Of a stretch of DNA of 64,000 nucleotides, positions 23,045 to 33,700 are shown piece after piece; position 1 is the first letter of the stretch, and the number at the start of each line of letters is the position of its first letter. The DNA lies in NCBI GenBank assembly GCA_965644315.1, contig CBFFRQ010000067.1:620001-684000 (forward strand). The letters are read 5' to 3'. The DNA is from Caecitellus pseudoparvulus (Eukaryota; Protista; Bigyra: Bicosoecida). The position numbers and the translations under genes were made by a program. The notes beneath the pieces are model-generated. The model was not told the origin of the DNA. It ran no database searches and was given only the letters and a program-made list of their open reading frames with translations.

Positions 23045-25110
23045 GAGTGCAGTGCTCGGCGCCTTGGCGAGCACTTGTGCGGCGTGTCAAGAAGGCGTCT
23101 TCACAGTGCTGCATTTGCTGCCCAACACCTGCACTTGCCCACACACCCTTGCCCACAAGGGCAGAGCCCTGGACATGACTGGCCGCCCTCTCCTGCCATA
23201 CGTGGTCTAGCCCGGGGTGCAATGCTGACTTGCGCGGGATCACGCCACGTAGCTCCCACTCTCACATCGCCACAAACCTGCCACACATGCATTTCCGGAC
23301 ACCCTTTTTCCGTGCACTCACAATGCATGCCCCAGCTGCACTGTGCGCGCAAGTCTCAAGTGGCCACTTTGTTCCAGCGGTCATGACCCTTCATGAGCTC
23401 GGCAAACGATGATTCCCTGCACTGTCCCATGCACACCCCACGTGTGTGCTCTTTCTCAATCAGAGCGTGGGGCTTTCCCTGCTGGTGGCAAAGCTGCCGT
23501 GCCCGTGTGTGGGCGTGGCCGCTTCCTTGCTCTCCGGGCAGCTCGCAGCAGCAGCATGGCGCGTCGTCCCTGCCGAGTGCTGGTACCAATCCACAAGACA
23601 TTCCTAGCTTCGCGCACAGCGATCGAGTACTTTTGCCTGACACTCAACGTGATGGAACGGCGTCCAGTCAAAGCTACCAGCTCACGCACGATGTCTGTGT
23701 GGCCCCTGGAGCATGCCTCTTCGAAGGCGGCCTCAGGCCCATCCTCATCCGCTGCGTGCACATCCACTTCCCGCGCCCCAGTCAAGGCCAGCAGCTCACG
23801 CACAACGTCTGTGTGGCCATTCTCGCATGCCAGTCGGAAGGCGGCCTCAGGCCCACGCCAATCCGCCGCGTGTACATCCACTTCCCGCGCCCCAGTCAGG
23901 CCCAGCAGCTCACGCACGATGTCTGTGTGGCCATTCTCGCATGCGTCTCGGAAGGCGGCCTCAGTTCTACCCTCATACCCCGCGTGCACATCCACTTCCC
24001 GCGCCCCAGTCAGGGCCAGAAGCACACGGAAGGAGTCTGTGTGGCCATAGCGGCATGCCCGTCGGAAGGCGATATCAGGATCAAGCCTGTTCACAATACG
24101 ATACAGTACCATCCCGCTGGTGAGGCCCAGAAGCTCACGCACGATGTCTGTGTGGCCTTCGAAGCATGATTCTCGGAGCGCGGCCTCAGGTCCAGCGGGA
24201 TCCGCCGCATGCACATCCGCTGCCCGCGCCCCAGTGAGAGCCAGCAGCTCACGCACGATGTCGAGGTGGCCATTCTCGCATGCCCATCGGAAGGCGGCAT
24301 CAGATCCTCTCCAATCTGCCGCATGCACATCCACTGCCCGCGCCCCAGTGAGAGCCAGCAGCTCACGCACGATGTCTGTGTGGCCACCCTCGCATGCCTC
24401 TCGGAAGGCGGCCTCGGGTCCGTCCTCATCCGCCGCGTGCACATCCACTTCCCGCGCCCCAGTGAGGCCCAACAGCTCACGCACGATGTCTGTGTGACCA
24501 TGCTGGCATGCCTCTCGGAAGGCGGCCTCAGGTCCACGATCATCCGCTGCGTGCACATCCACTGCCCGTGCCCCAGAGAGGGCCAGCAGCTCACGCAGCA
24601 ACTCAATGTGTCCTTCCTTGCACGCAACAAGAAACCCTTTCGTTGTGTCAGATCTGGACAAGCACTCCAGCTCTGCGCTAGACCACTGATGAAACATAAG
24701 CAGCAGTGCATCTGGCCGCGAAAGCTCACATGCGTCTAGCCATTCCACCCTCCGTCTCGACCAGCCGTCGGGTTGAGCCATGGCGGGGTGATGTTGCAAT
24801 TGGCGCGAGTGCTTTCGCTGACTGACACCCCTGCACGAACGGCACAATCTGCACAGCACAAGATCACAAGAGTGGTTCAAATCACAAGTTCAATTGCAGT
24901 GAAAAGTGTTGGCGTTGGTTTTGTCAGACTCTGTACAGTGCCTTGTTTGGCTGCGGGGGTGCTCAGAAGACCCACCCCCCCCCCCCCCCCCTGGCGAAGC
25001 AATCGAACCCGATCACAGGGATGTTGTCGACGCGTGCTCATTGAGCCTCATTGAAGTAACTTACCTGCTCATCACCTCGGTCAGCCACGCAAAAGTACTT
25101 CTAGACACGA
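23045..25110 (-). repeat. Dispersed duplicated cassette, copy 1 (ankyrin-repeat gene plus conserved flanks)
   Basis: Colinear similarity to 39661-41835 across ~410 bp downstream and ~330 bp upstream of the ORF; boundaries approximate. Confidence 0.9.
23456..24781 (-). CDS. Intronless ankyrin-repeat protein, N-cap plus 8 repeats of ~38 aa
   Basis: Unit VDVHAADxxGPEAAFRxACxxGHtDIVRELLxLTGARx; first ATG at 24781; basic C-terminal tail. Confidence 0.9.
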   Translation of the reverse strand: MAQPDGWSRRRVEWLDACELSRPDALLLMFHQWSSAELECLSRSDTTKGFLVACKEGHIELLRELLALSGARAVDVHAADDRGPEAAFREACQHGHTDIVRELLGLTGAREVDVHAADEDGPEAAFREACEGGHTDIVRELLALTGARAVDVHAADWRGSDAAFRWACENGHLDIVRELLALTGARAADVHAADPAGPEAALRESCFEGHTDIVRELLGLTSGMVLYRIVNRLDPDIAFRRACRYGHTDSFRVLLALTGAREVDVHAGYEGRTEAAFRDACENGHTDIVRELLGLTGAREVDVHAADWRGPEAAFRLACENGHTDVVRELLALTGAREVDVHAADEDGPEAAFEEACSRGHTDIVRELVALTGRRSITLSVRQKYSIAVREARNVLWIGTSTRQGRRAMLLLRAARRARKRPRPHTGTAALPPAGKAPRSD

Positions 25111-25895
25111 TGTTGCTATCACCCAACTGGGTGCTGTGCAGAGGAGCCGGCTTCGCCTGCAATTCGTGTTCCTGCAATCCGCCAGTGTCTCACCTTGCGA
25201 CTGCTGGACCTGCCTTTACCCACCCAAGTGCACCTCCGAAACCCTACAGGGATGCCATGCAGCGGCAAGGGAGCTTTGTGAGCGTGCTGCTCACCTTCGA
25301 CATGAACAGCCTGTTTTCACGCCTGCTGGCGGCCGGCACGGCTGCGTGGGAGAACCACCGTCCCGCCGCCGCACAAGGCCACTGGCATGTCGCCAAAGTG
25401 TTCTACTTCCACTTCGCCACCTGCACCTTGCCTTCGTACCACTTCGTTGCCCCCTACCCGCACACTTCCGCAGACAGCCGTGCAACAGACTGCATTCCTC
25501 GTCGAAAGATCCAAGTCGACGATGCAGAGGAAGGCAGTGAACCCCGCCTGGAGCCCCTGCACATCGCTACCACCCGATGACTCATCGGACGACACGCCAC
25601 CGCTGGAGTACTGCTGCCAGTCCAGCTGCAGTGCTCCTGCACCGTCGGCCGCACTGAGCGCGTCAGGTGCAGCCTCGGCGGCCTTGTCAGTCGACTCTCG
25701 CGCAGCGCCCGACCGTGGCACGGCCTGGGGCGACTGCTCCTTGGCCTGTGCCACGACGGGTGGGCTGCGGTGCGTGGTGGAGGAGAACTGGGCGCCAATG
25801 GGGCGATCCCTGTGTAGAGCCCTGAGGCGCAGAGCCAAAGCAGTCCTTCCCAGGCACAAATGCCTTGGTCAGGGAGGGACGCCAGCACGCGGGTT

Positions 25896-28800
25896 TCATT
25901 CTCCCGGGGTTCGCTTGGGAATGCGCCCTTCTGACGTCAGCTCCCCGCCTGCGGCACGAGTCGCGCGGCAGCACATGTCTTCGAACTGGGACAGGGACAT
26001 GGCTGGCACCAGCGTCACATGCGGCAGGGCTTCGTTCGGCACAGTGGGTGACGCCTGAGCTTCGGGCTGTGCAGGGGCTTCTATTTGCTCTGGCCTGCCC
26101 AGCTCGACGCATGACGGCGCAGGTGCAGCAATCGCAGGCAGCGGAGTCACCGCCACGGCACCACTCACACTGTCAGCTGCACACGCAGCATTTGGTTCTT
26201 TGGACAAGGAGGCGTCTGCATGGCCAGCGTTGGCTCGGCCATCAAAGGGACACCGAGCCGCCCCGGGCGAGAAGAGGACCTCCACTCGGTGCCGGGCAGG
26301 GTGGGTTTCGTCCACTTCCAAGTTTTCATACACACGCAAGACGATGTGCGTGAGGTAGTCCAGCTCGGGCGTTGCGGAGAGGAACTGCCGCACTTCTGGT
26401 GCAAGGCCAGGCTCACCTGGCACAGCCCAGCACCGCACGACGTTCAGCAACGTGTGCAAGTGTGACTCCGATGTGAAGTACAGTCTCGTGCGAATGGGCG
26501 GGTCAGCGGCGCTGGTCGCTTGCCCGGGCTCTGCCCAAGCCTGGGAGGCTGCAGAGCTGCACCAGCTCTCACCGGTCGTCGCGTGCACGGCTGCTGCGGG
26601 GGACTGGCACGAAATGGGGCGTGGGGGGCTGCTGCGCCGTGGGATGACTATGGCTGGCGAGGCAGCCTCGGGCGAGGCGGAGGCTGGCACCTCGACAGGG
26701 GAGTGCACGAACGGGGTCACGGGCGCAGTGGACACGACCGCCCTTCCATGCAGAGGCATCGTGCCCCCCTGGAAGTCTTCAGAAGCCCCTGCAGTGCCCC
26801 CCTCGCATGACGAGTTCTGCTGCGGCTCTGCGTCACCCCAGAGGGCCACTGAGCCCACGCCCCGCAGGCGCGGACTGATGAGGGGTTTGTGGGCAAGGCT
26901 TTGCAGCGTTTCCGGGGCGCTGTGCCGGCGCTGGCGTGCGTACGGGTGCTGCGTGTGCTGCAGGCGGGAAGGGGAGGGCGTGGCTGCGGCACCTGCCGCC
27001 GCCGTTGCCGTGCTGACGCGCACTGCAGGGGCAGGGGCAGGTAGAGCCAAAGGCGTGCCAATCTCTCGTGCAAGACTGTGGAGCGGGGCAGAGACGTCAC
27101 CGGCACCGTGGGCATGGGGCGTGACTTGTCCCGTTGCGGGAGGGGGGGCGTGTGCAGGGGGGTGTTCGGGCGAGGTGGGCGTGGACGCTTCGTCGACGCC
27201 GTGGGCTGCAGTGCGCACGTCAAAGTACAGCTTCCGCAGGAGGTGAAAGCACACTGCCGCCGCGATGGTCTGCTTGTCCTGCAGAGTGATGCCGTACTCC
27301 TGTGGCACGACCAGGTTCGCCAGCGCGCCAGCAAGGGTGTAGATGGGCAGCAGCGTTTCCCGCCCCAGAAGTTGCCAGTTGTGCAGGGCGTCGTACTTGA
27401 TGCAGTCGTACACGTCGGGGATCTTGGAGATGTCAAATGACCCAGTCCGCGCATTGAACACTTCCTCAGCCAGCTTCCGCCACCGGTGATGCATGAGCCA
27501 CAGCGTTTCGCCGGCGTAGTACTGAGGCTGTGCACGTGGCGCTATGAGCCGACCAATGGTGAAGTCGGCAGCAATGACGGACGCCATGCCAGCCGTGCCT
27601 GCTGACTGTGCTGCTGAGGGGGGGGCGGGGCGTGGCGGCACTTGAGCAGACGGCCGCAGCGTGGAAGGGGGTTTCCGCACACACCGCACCCCCGCGGCGC
27701 CGCCACTTCCTTGCACCTCGTCCAGGGCCTGCTTCAGCCTCTGCGTCAGCTGTTGGATGAGGGAATGCAGGCGTGTCAGCGCTGCGCGTGGGTCATTCCC
27801 TATGCTCTGCAGGGCCCTCAGCTGCGAGGTGGCCCCGTGTGGCGCCACTGCCCGCACAAGGGCTGGGCTGACTGAGGCGCACTCACCTGCCAGAAGTGGG
27901 TGCACGCCAGTGCCCTCGTCTTGCCCGCAGGGGTACTCTCCCTCGTGCAGCAGGGCAGCTCGCAAGCGCTGCTTGTTCGCACCTTGCAGCTTGCGCGCGT
28001 CGCCTTTGGAGTCCAGCATGGTGCCGGTGTTGTCGTACCGCACGAGGGAGGCTAAGATTGGGGTCAAGTCCCCCTCCAGGTCTAGGAAGCCCTTCGTGAA
28101 GCTGGCTGCCGTCATTTGCACGCGCCCTTCGTCTGATGCGTAGATTTTCAGGTCGTGGCGGTGGGACGAGTGCAGGCGAAGCTGTGCCGAGGATTCGTCA
28201 GGGTACAGCACTTGGCGGAAATGCCGGCCCAGCGCCTCCGCCTGCTCCCGCCCACGGTGGGTAAGGACGCCACCCCACTTCACGACCAGCAGTGCTTCCA
28301 CCGGCACCTCTTCCCCGCCGCCCTCTGACGCCGTGAGGCTTGGGTCCCTGCTGGCGCTGATGCTGTCGCAGCGAGGTCGGCACGTGGTCGCAGAAAACGC
28401 CGACGAGCTGCCCTTGCTGGCCACTGCGCCGACCCTGGGGCCCGAGAAATCCCTCGAGTACGCCCGAGATGGCCTGCGTGGCAGCGACACGGCTGACTCT
28501 GGCACTCCGCTGAGCACTCGCAGACGCTGCAGCATTTCCGGCGTGCCAAGCGCCTCGCCCTCCGCCAGCCCCCCCTGTGCGCCCAGCACGCTGGCATTGT
28601 CTGGGCCGACATCCCACGCGCCGCTGGAGCGCCGGGAGGCATCTGTGTCAAAGCGTCCTCGCCCGCCCTCTGGCGTCAGTGGTGCGGCGGGCAGTGACCC
28701 GGGCTCCACCACAGCTGCCGCCGACAGCGCCAGGGGGGAGGACTTGGCCATGCCGGGCTGGCTGGCACAGTCCTCCAAGGCAGAGACGCAGTCAGAGACG

Positions 28801-30389
28801 ACGGCTTCGACGGGAGGTGCGGCGGCGGCCCACTTGGTGGGCTTTAGCTGCACCTTGCGGTTGGTGCCCGAGAAATTTCCGCCCTTCTCCAGCACAGCCC
28901 GAATCTGCCGCAGCTTCTCCACATCCTCCCCGCCCAGCCCGCAGCCTGTGCCGCCGTCGGTGGCGTGCTCTGCGCAGACCCTACCGTCTGCCTCCTCCAC
29001 CAGGGCACGCACGACAGCCAGCACTTGACCCAGAGCGATGGCAGACTTGAGTTTGGCTTCCGATCGCGGGTTGGGGGCGTGCTCCCCGAGCAGGGCCAGG
29101 AGGGCGGGGTGGGACACCTTCATCTTGATCTTCTGCTTAGGTGTGCGGTCGCCGTGCCGGATGACGGCAGTGATGCCGCGCAGCACCTCACCTGACGGCA
29201 GCGGCGTTTCGGGAGTGCTGGTGCTGGACAGGGGGCGGTCAAGGCGGGGCCGGGACGCCGAGCCACGCCTGCGGGGCCCGCCAAACCGCCCACCCATGAT
29301 GGCGTGCAGTGGAGGCAGGCCAGCACCACGCAGGGAGTGTGCAGCACGCGTGGCCACTGGGCCCAGCACCTTCAGCCGGTGCGGTGCTACGGAGCGCAGC
29401 ATGATGACCGCCAGAATGGAAGCGGCGTCGTCGTAGTACTTGCCCGACTTCTTCACGAAGGACCAGCCGTTCACATCGCAGACATACGACTGTGTGCCTG
29501 TGCGCAGCATGTCGAAGCCGCAGACGTTCTGCTTGAACGCGAGGCAGACCTGCCGTGCGATGCGTTTCTCAGCAGGCGTGAGCAGGATTGGGAAACGCAT
29601 CTCCTTGCCCTCCGCGTCCCGCTGCACGACGCCGTCCACGACGGGGCTCTTGCGGGCTTCTGCATGGGCATAGTCAGGCCCCACAAGGTACAGCTTGATG
29701 TCTGTTCCCTGCGTCATGATGAACTCCTCGTAAATGAACGAGCCCTCCCGCCGCACGGAGTTGATGTGGGGGTAGAACTGCGAGGACTTGTTGGCAACTT
29801 TCCGGAACAGGCGCTTGCTGCCGCCCCCCAACCTGCGTGGGTAATAAATGTACACGCCGTGGTCCTCTGCGTCCACCGGCTTCTCCACGAAGGGCTTGTC
29901 GAGCCGCTCGCCGTTGATTTCAATGTAGTCTTCGGCTTCCACCACGACGGGCTGCGCCGCCCCGTCGCGCGAACACACGATGTGGCGCGGGGTGGGGATG
30001 CCTGCCCGCACGAGTTTCGTGTAAAACGCACGGCGGTCCCGCAGAGTCAGCTCCGAATGCAAATTGTTAACGCAGAACGGGCGGCGCAGGCGCACATACC
30101 GCAGGGCTTTCTCGAGGGGGAAGCCGCTGGAAAAGAAGGCGATGAGGCAGTCCACGACGGGCCACTCTTCCACGGGGGTGTCTGCCAGCATCGCGTCGCC
30201 GAAGTACACCGCTTGGAAGTGCCCCGTGGCTTGCAGGCGCTTGAGAATCTCCTGCATGGGCTTGCTGCGGGCTTTCTTGTCCCGTGCGCAGATGCCCAGG
30301 GAGAGGGGCGCGAGAGTAATGGACTCCGAGCCCTGTCCGCCTCGGCCGGCACTTCGTGAGCGGGATGGAGTGCCCGGTGATGCCGCCAT
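25896..30389 (-). CDS. VIP1: Inositol hexakisphosphate/diphosphoinositol-pentakisphosphate kinase (ATP-grasp kinase plus histidine phosphatase domain)
   Basis: KKARSKPM, DCLIAFFSSGFPLEKA, KPFVEKPVDAEDH, HAEARKSPVVDG, CDVNGWSFVK, RHGDRTPKQK, FDISKIPDVYDCIKYD, RTRLYFTSESH. Confidence 0.97.
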   Translation of the reverse strand: MAASPGTPSRSRSAGRGGQGSESITLAPLSLGICARDKKARSKPMQEILKRLQATGHFQAVYFGDAMLADTPVEEWPVVDCLIAFFSSGFPLEKALRYVRLRRPFCVNNLHSELTLRDRRAFYTKLVRAGIPTPRHIVCSRDGAAQPVVVEAEDYIEINGERLDKPFVEKPVDAEDHGVYIYYPRRLGGGSKRLFRKVANKSSQFYPHINSVRREGSFIYEEFIMTQGTDIKLYLVGPDYAHAEARKSPVVDGVVQRDAEGKEMRFPILLTPAEKRIARQVCLAFKQNVCGFDMLRTGTQSYVCDVNGWSFVKKSGKYYDDAASILAVIMLRSVAPHRLKVLGPVATRAAHSLRGAGLPPLHAIMGGRFGGPRRRGSASRPRLDRPLSSTSTPETPLPSGEVLRGITAVIRHGDRTPKQKIKMKVSHPALLALLGEHAPNPRSEAKLKSAIALGQVLAVVRALVEEADGRVCAEHATDGGTGCGLGGEDVEKLRQIRAVLEKGGNFSGTNRKVQLKPTKWAAAAPPVEAVVSDCVSALEDCASQPGMAKSSPLALSAAAVVEPGSLPAAPLTPEGGRGRFDTDASRRSSGAWDVGPDNASVLGAQGGLAEGEALGTPEMLQRLRVLSGVPESAVSLPRRPSRAYSRDFSGPRVGAVASKGSSSAFSATTCRPRCDSISASRDPSLTASEGGGEEVPVEALLVVKWGGVLTHRGREQAEALGRHFRQVLYPDESSAQLRLHSSHRHDLKIYASDEGRVQMTAASFTKGFLDLEGDLTPILASLVRYDNTGTMLDSKGDARKLQGANKQRLRAALLHEGEYPCGQDEGTGVHPLLAGECASVSPALVRAVAPHGATSQLRALQSIGNDPRAALTRLHSLIQQLTQRLKQALDEVQGSGGAAGVRCVRKPPSTLRPSAQVPPRPAPPSAAQSAGTAGMASVIAADFTIGRLIAPRAQPQYYAGETLWLMHHRWRKLAEEVFNARTGSFDISKIPDVYDCIKYDALHNWQLLGRETLLPIYTLAGALANLVVPQEYGITLQDKQTIAAAVCFHLLRKLYFDVRTAAHGVDEASTPTSPEHPPAHAPPPATGQVTPHAHGAGDVSAPLHSLAREIGTPLALPAPAPAVRVSTATAAAGAAATPSPSRLQHTQHPYARQRRHSAPETLQSLAHKPLISPRLRGVGSVALWGDAEPQQNSSCEGGTAGASEDFQGGTMPLHGRAVVSTAPVTPFVHSPVEVPASASPEAASPAIVIPRRSSPPRPISCQSPAAAVHATTGESWCSSAASQAWAEPGQATSAADPPIRTRLYFTSESHLHTLLNVVRCWAVPGEPGLAPEVRQFLSATPELDYLTHIVLRVYENLEVDETHPARHRVEVLFSPGAARCPFDGRANAGHADASLSKEPNAACAADSVSGAVAVTPLPAIAAPAPSCVELGRPEQIEAPAQPEAQASPTVPNEALPHVTLVPAMSLSQFEDMCCRATRAAGGELTSEGRIPKRTPGE

Positions 30390-30756
30390 GTCGCTGGGTG
30401 GGACCTAGGGAATACAGCGTCGCCAAGCAATTTCCGCTGCCCGTCCGCACCAAGCCAGCACTGCAGGCCTGGAGCGACGCAAGCAGGCTGGGCAGCTCAG
30501 TGCCGAGAAACTGGGATGATGGGGGGTGTGATAGCTGCCAGCAGCCTTCCCCAGCTTCTGCCTGTGGGCTGCAGGAACCAGCCACGCTCTGTAGCTGCGA
30601 CTGCTCACGAATCTTGCCTCAACTCAGTGCCAGGCAGCGCAAGCAATGCGTCCCACTCCCACCTCAGCACACTGCGCAAAGTGGGCGGGGAAGGGGCTGC
30701 AGCGCGAAAATGAGGTCCTTTTAATTGTGTCATGCATTAGCTGTACCCTCCGCACC

Positions 30757-33700
30757 TCACGCGTCGCTGCGTGGGCTGTCTTCCCGCCGTGGCGTGGCTG
30801 CCTGCGCCAAGGCCTGGTTCGTGGCTGAGATCTTGTCCAGGGCCGTCATGAGCGTGGTCACGCGCGCCAAGTTCACCGACGTGGGGGACAGCACGGGCGC
30901 AGACAGCTCCGCCTCGATGCCGTCGTCGTGGGTGCGGGAGCGAAGGGGCATCACCCCTACCGCCCTCGCGGCTGGACCAACACTGCCCCCCGGACCCCGT
31001 GAAGCCCCCGACCCGGCTCCCGTACCAGAGCCCGTGGAGAAGGATGACGTGAGCAGGCCAGACGCACCCCGCGCGGCCACGGGGCTGGGGGGGGGCTCCT
31101 CCCCCTCACCCCCCCCCGCTCCAGCCGCTGCCAGGATCCGCTCTCGGGCTGCAGCCGTCACTAACACAGACCTGCTCAGGCGCTGGTACCTGGCGGCAGG
31201 GCCATCCCCGGGACTGTGCCGAGGGGGGTGGCCCAAGGCGGCAGTGGGCGGCACCTCACTCACAGACAGCGTTCGCCCAGTGCCCCCCCCTAGACCCAAG
31301 TGAGGGGGGGGTGCCTCAACCCCCTCGGACACGGCGTCCAGGCCTGTGGCTGAGCTGTGGCCGGGCGTGGAGGCCTTGGAGACCGACCCGTTGCCGCCCG
31401 TGCCCTGACTCGTCGGGGACTCCGCCCCCGTGCTGCGTTTGCTCAGTGACTCCACCGTGCTGACTCGCGCCGCCGACAGAGGCCCGCTGTCCATGGAGTC
31501 CTTGCGAGATACCAAGGACATGCGGGTGACTGCGGACAGCTTGGAGCGCGCCCTGGACAGCTTGGCGCTTGAGCCGGCAGACAGGTGCACTGACTTGCGG
31601 CGAAGGCGTGTGAGCATGCGGCGTGCGACGATGTCCAGGCCCTGCCCCAGTTGCTGAAACGCAGGAGTCATGCTCTCGATGCTGGCCGACACAGCTGCCC
31701 GCGCAGCTAGAACCTCCGCACGTTCAGACGTCATGAGGTAGGTCGTGGCAGCGGCGCTGGCTGCTGCGGGTGAGGGGGTGTTGGGGGGGGGTGGGCTGGG
31801 CCCCGCACTCTTCGTGCCCAGCCTGCCCAGGAAGGAGCTTGCGAACCGCCCCAAACCCGTCCCTGGCGCCCCGCCGCCGCCGCCACTGGGCCCACCTGGG
31901 CTGTACCACGAGCCAGTGTCACTGCCCGGACTGGAGCCCTCGAACACTTTGTGCAGCTCCGTGCCTGGCCGCGGCAGTGTCCCGCCAGCTGCGGCGGCGG
32001 CTGCGGCGGCAGCTGCGGTGCCACTGGCACTGGCAGGGGTGCCGCCCCCGCCTCGGGGATGGGATGCGCGGAAGGACCGCTGGAGCTTCTGCACGCCACT
32101 GGCGGCGGCGACGACAGCGGAGAAGCGTGCCACTGCTGCCAGGCTGCGACGGCGTGTGGAAACCTCTGGGGCGGGGGCGGTGGGGCTGGTGCCGGCAGTG
32201 GGGGTGGTGGAGGAGGGGGTGGAGGGGAGGTTGGGAGGGGTGTCAGGGGGGGGGTCGGCAGCTCCCTGCTTCCCCTCCCCAGCCTCATCCACCCCTGGAC
32301 TGGGCGTCTGGTCTTCAGTCACTTCCACCACGAGGGGGGGTGCCAGGCTGGCCCGGTGGCGCCGACCCCCCCCCTCGGACAGCAGACTGGCCAGGGCGTG
32401 ACCAGGCGTGGAAAAAGCGCCGTTTCCACTGCCCCGGGCAGGCGAGTATCCGGAACCGTGGTGTGAGGATGCGAAGCTGCCAGTGCGACTGCCCCCCACT
32501 TCGGGCGACCCGGCATCCGTACTAGCGTGGCTGCCGAGGGTGGAGGCGGAGGGGAGGGAGACGCCAGACTGGGCCGTGAGGAGGGACGTGCTGCTGAGCA
32601 CTTTGGACAAGGACTTGACGCCGCCCCCCATGCGGCCGACGATGCTGCGGCGGCGAGCGGTGTTGTTCAGGGCGTTGAACCACGTGGGCTTGATGAGTGA
32701 CCGGGCAGCTGCACGTGCCACTGCCATGTCGAAGTTGACGGCTTCGTCCGACAGAGCCGCTCGCGGAGGGGGTGTGGCGTCGGCAGCAGTGTGTGTTTGT
32801 GCAGGTGGTGCTGGGTGCAGAGTGTGGCGCGCAGGGGGGGGTGGGGCGTGCTTGCGAGGGGGGGGGGCAGCTGGGGTTGTGGAGCCAAGGACTGGGTTGC
32901 TGGCCATGGCGCCGCCCCGACGGGGGGATGTGCCCCCTGACGTGCTCTCCTGTATAGTGTGCAGGTCTGTGCCGCCTGCCACCTGCGCAGCGGGTGTGCC
33001 CCCGTCCCCTGCCGCGAGCTGGCCCCCCTTCAACCGCACGGACTGCGACAGAGCCGTCATGGCCGCCACGCCACGCAGCCGCGCACGAACGGCGGGAATG
33101 GCCGGCCGCTTGTCATCTGAGCGGGGCAGGAAGCCCCCCTCGTCATCGCTGTCTGCAAAGAGCTCTGATGCCTGGATGATGCCGTCTGGCGGCGCCAGGG
33201 CACGGGCCAACTGACGCTGGCGCAGTTGCCGCAGGAGGCGGAAATTCTTCACCGCTGCAGCCGTGGCAGAGGATGACGCGGCCCACGTCCACACCAGGCG
33301 TGTGGACTCCAGTGACGTGTGGTGCGCATAGATGTCATTCAGCGAGCTGAGCGCCTCCGCCAGCAACTCACTGATGTTGCTCAGGCGTTCGCGCATGGCC
33401 AGCCCCACGCGCACTTGTGTTTCCGCCACCTTCTTGGGGCTGCGCTCCTGCCGCAGGGCGTGCAGCTTGCGCTCCTTCATCTCCAGGTCCAGGCGTATCT
33501 CCTCTTCCAGCTTGAACTGGGCCTCCGCCATGGTGATGAGAATGACTGCGTGTGCGGAGGAAGGGCGTTCGCAATGCTGCCCAGGCTGCGACGCCAGGAT
33601 CGGCCGCGGCACGCACCACCAATGAACAGGTTCAGCACCAGCAGGTTAGCGAGGACACAGAAGGAGACGAAGAAAATGGTCGCCAGGAGCGGCTGCGGGT

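Noticed and set aside
23660-24600. Regularly spaced repeats resembling a CRISPR array or DGR template/variable pair
   Set aside because: They are in-frame 114-bp coding units. No cas or reverse transcriptase gene is in the window, and variation is not obviously adenine-specific.
23030-25130. Classical transposon hallmarks (TIR, TSD, LTR, poly-A) at the cassette ends
   Set aside because: None could be identified by eye in either copy, so the cassette is annotated as a repeat and not as a mobile element.
31080-32880. Many G/C homopolymer runs as possible G-quadruplex elements
   Set aside because: Explained by Pro/Gly codons in the low-complexity channel tail.
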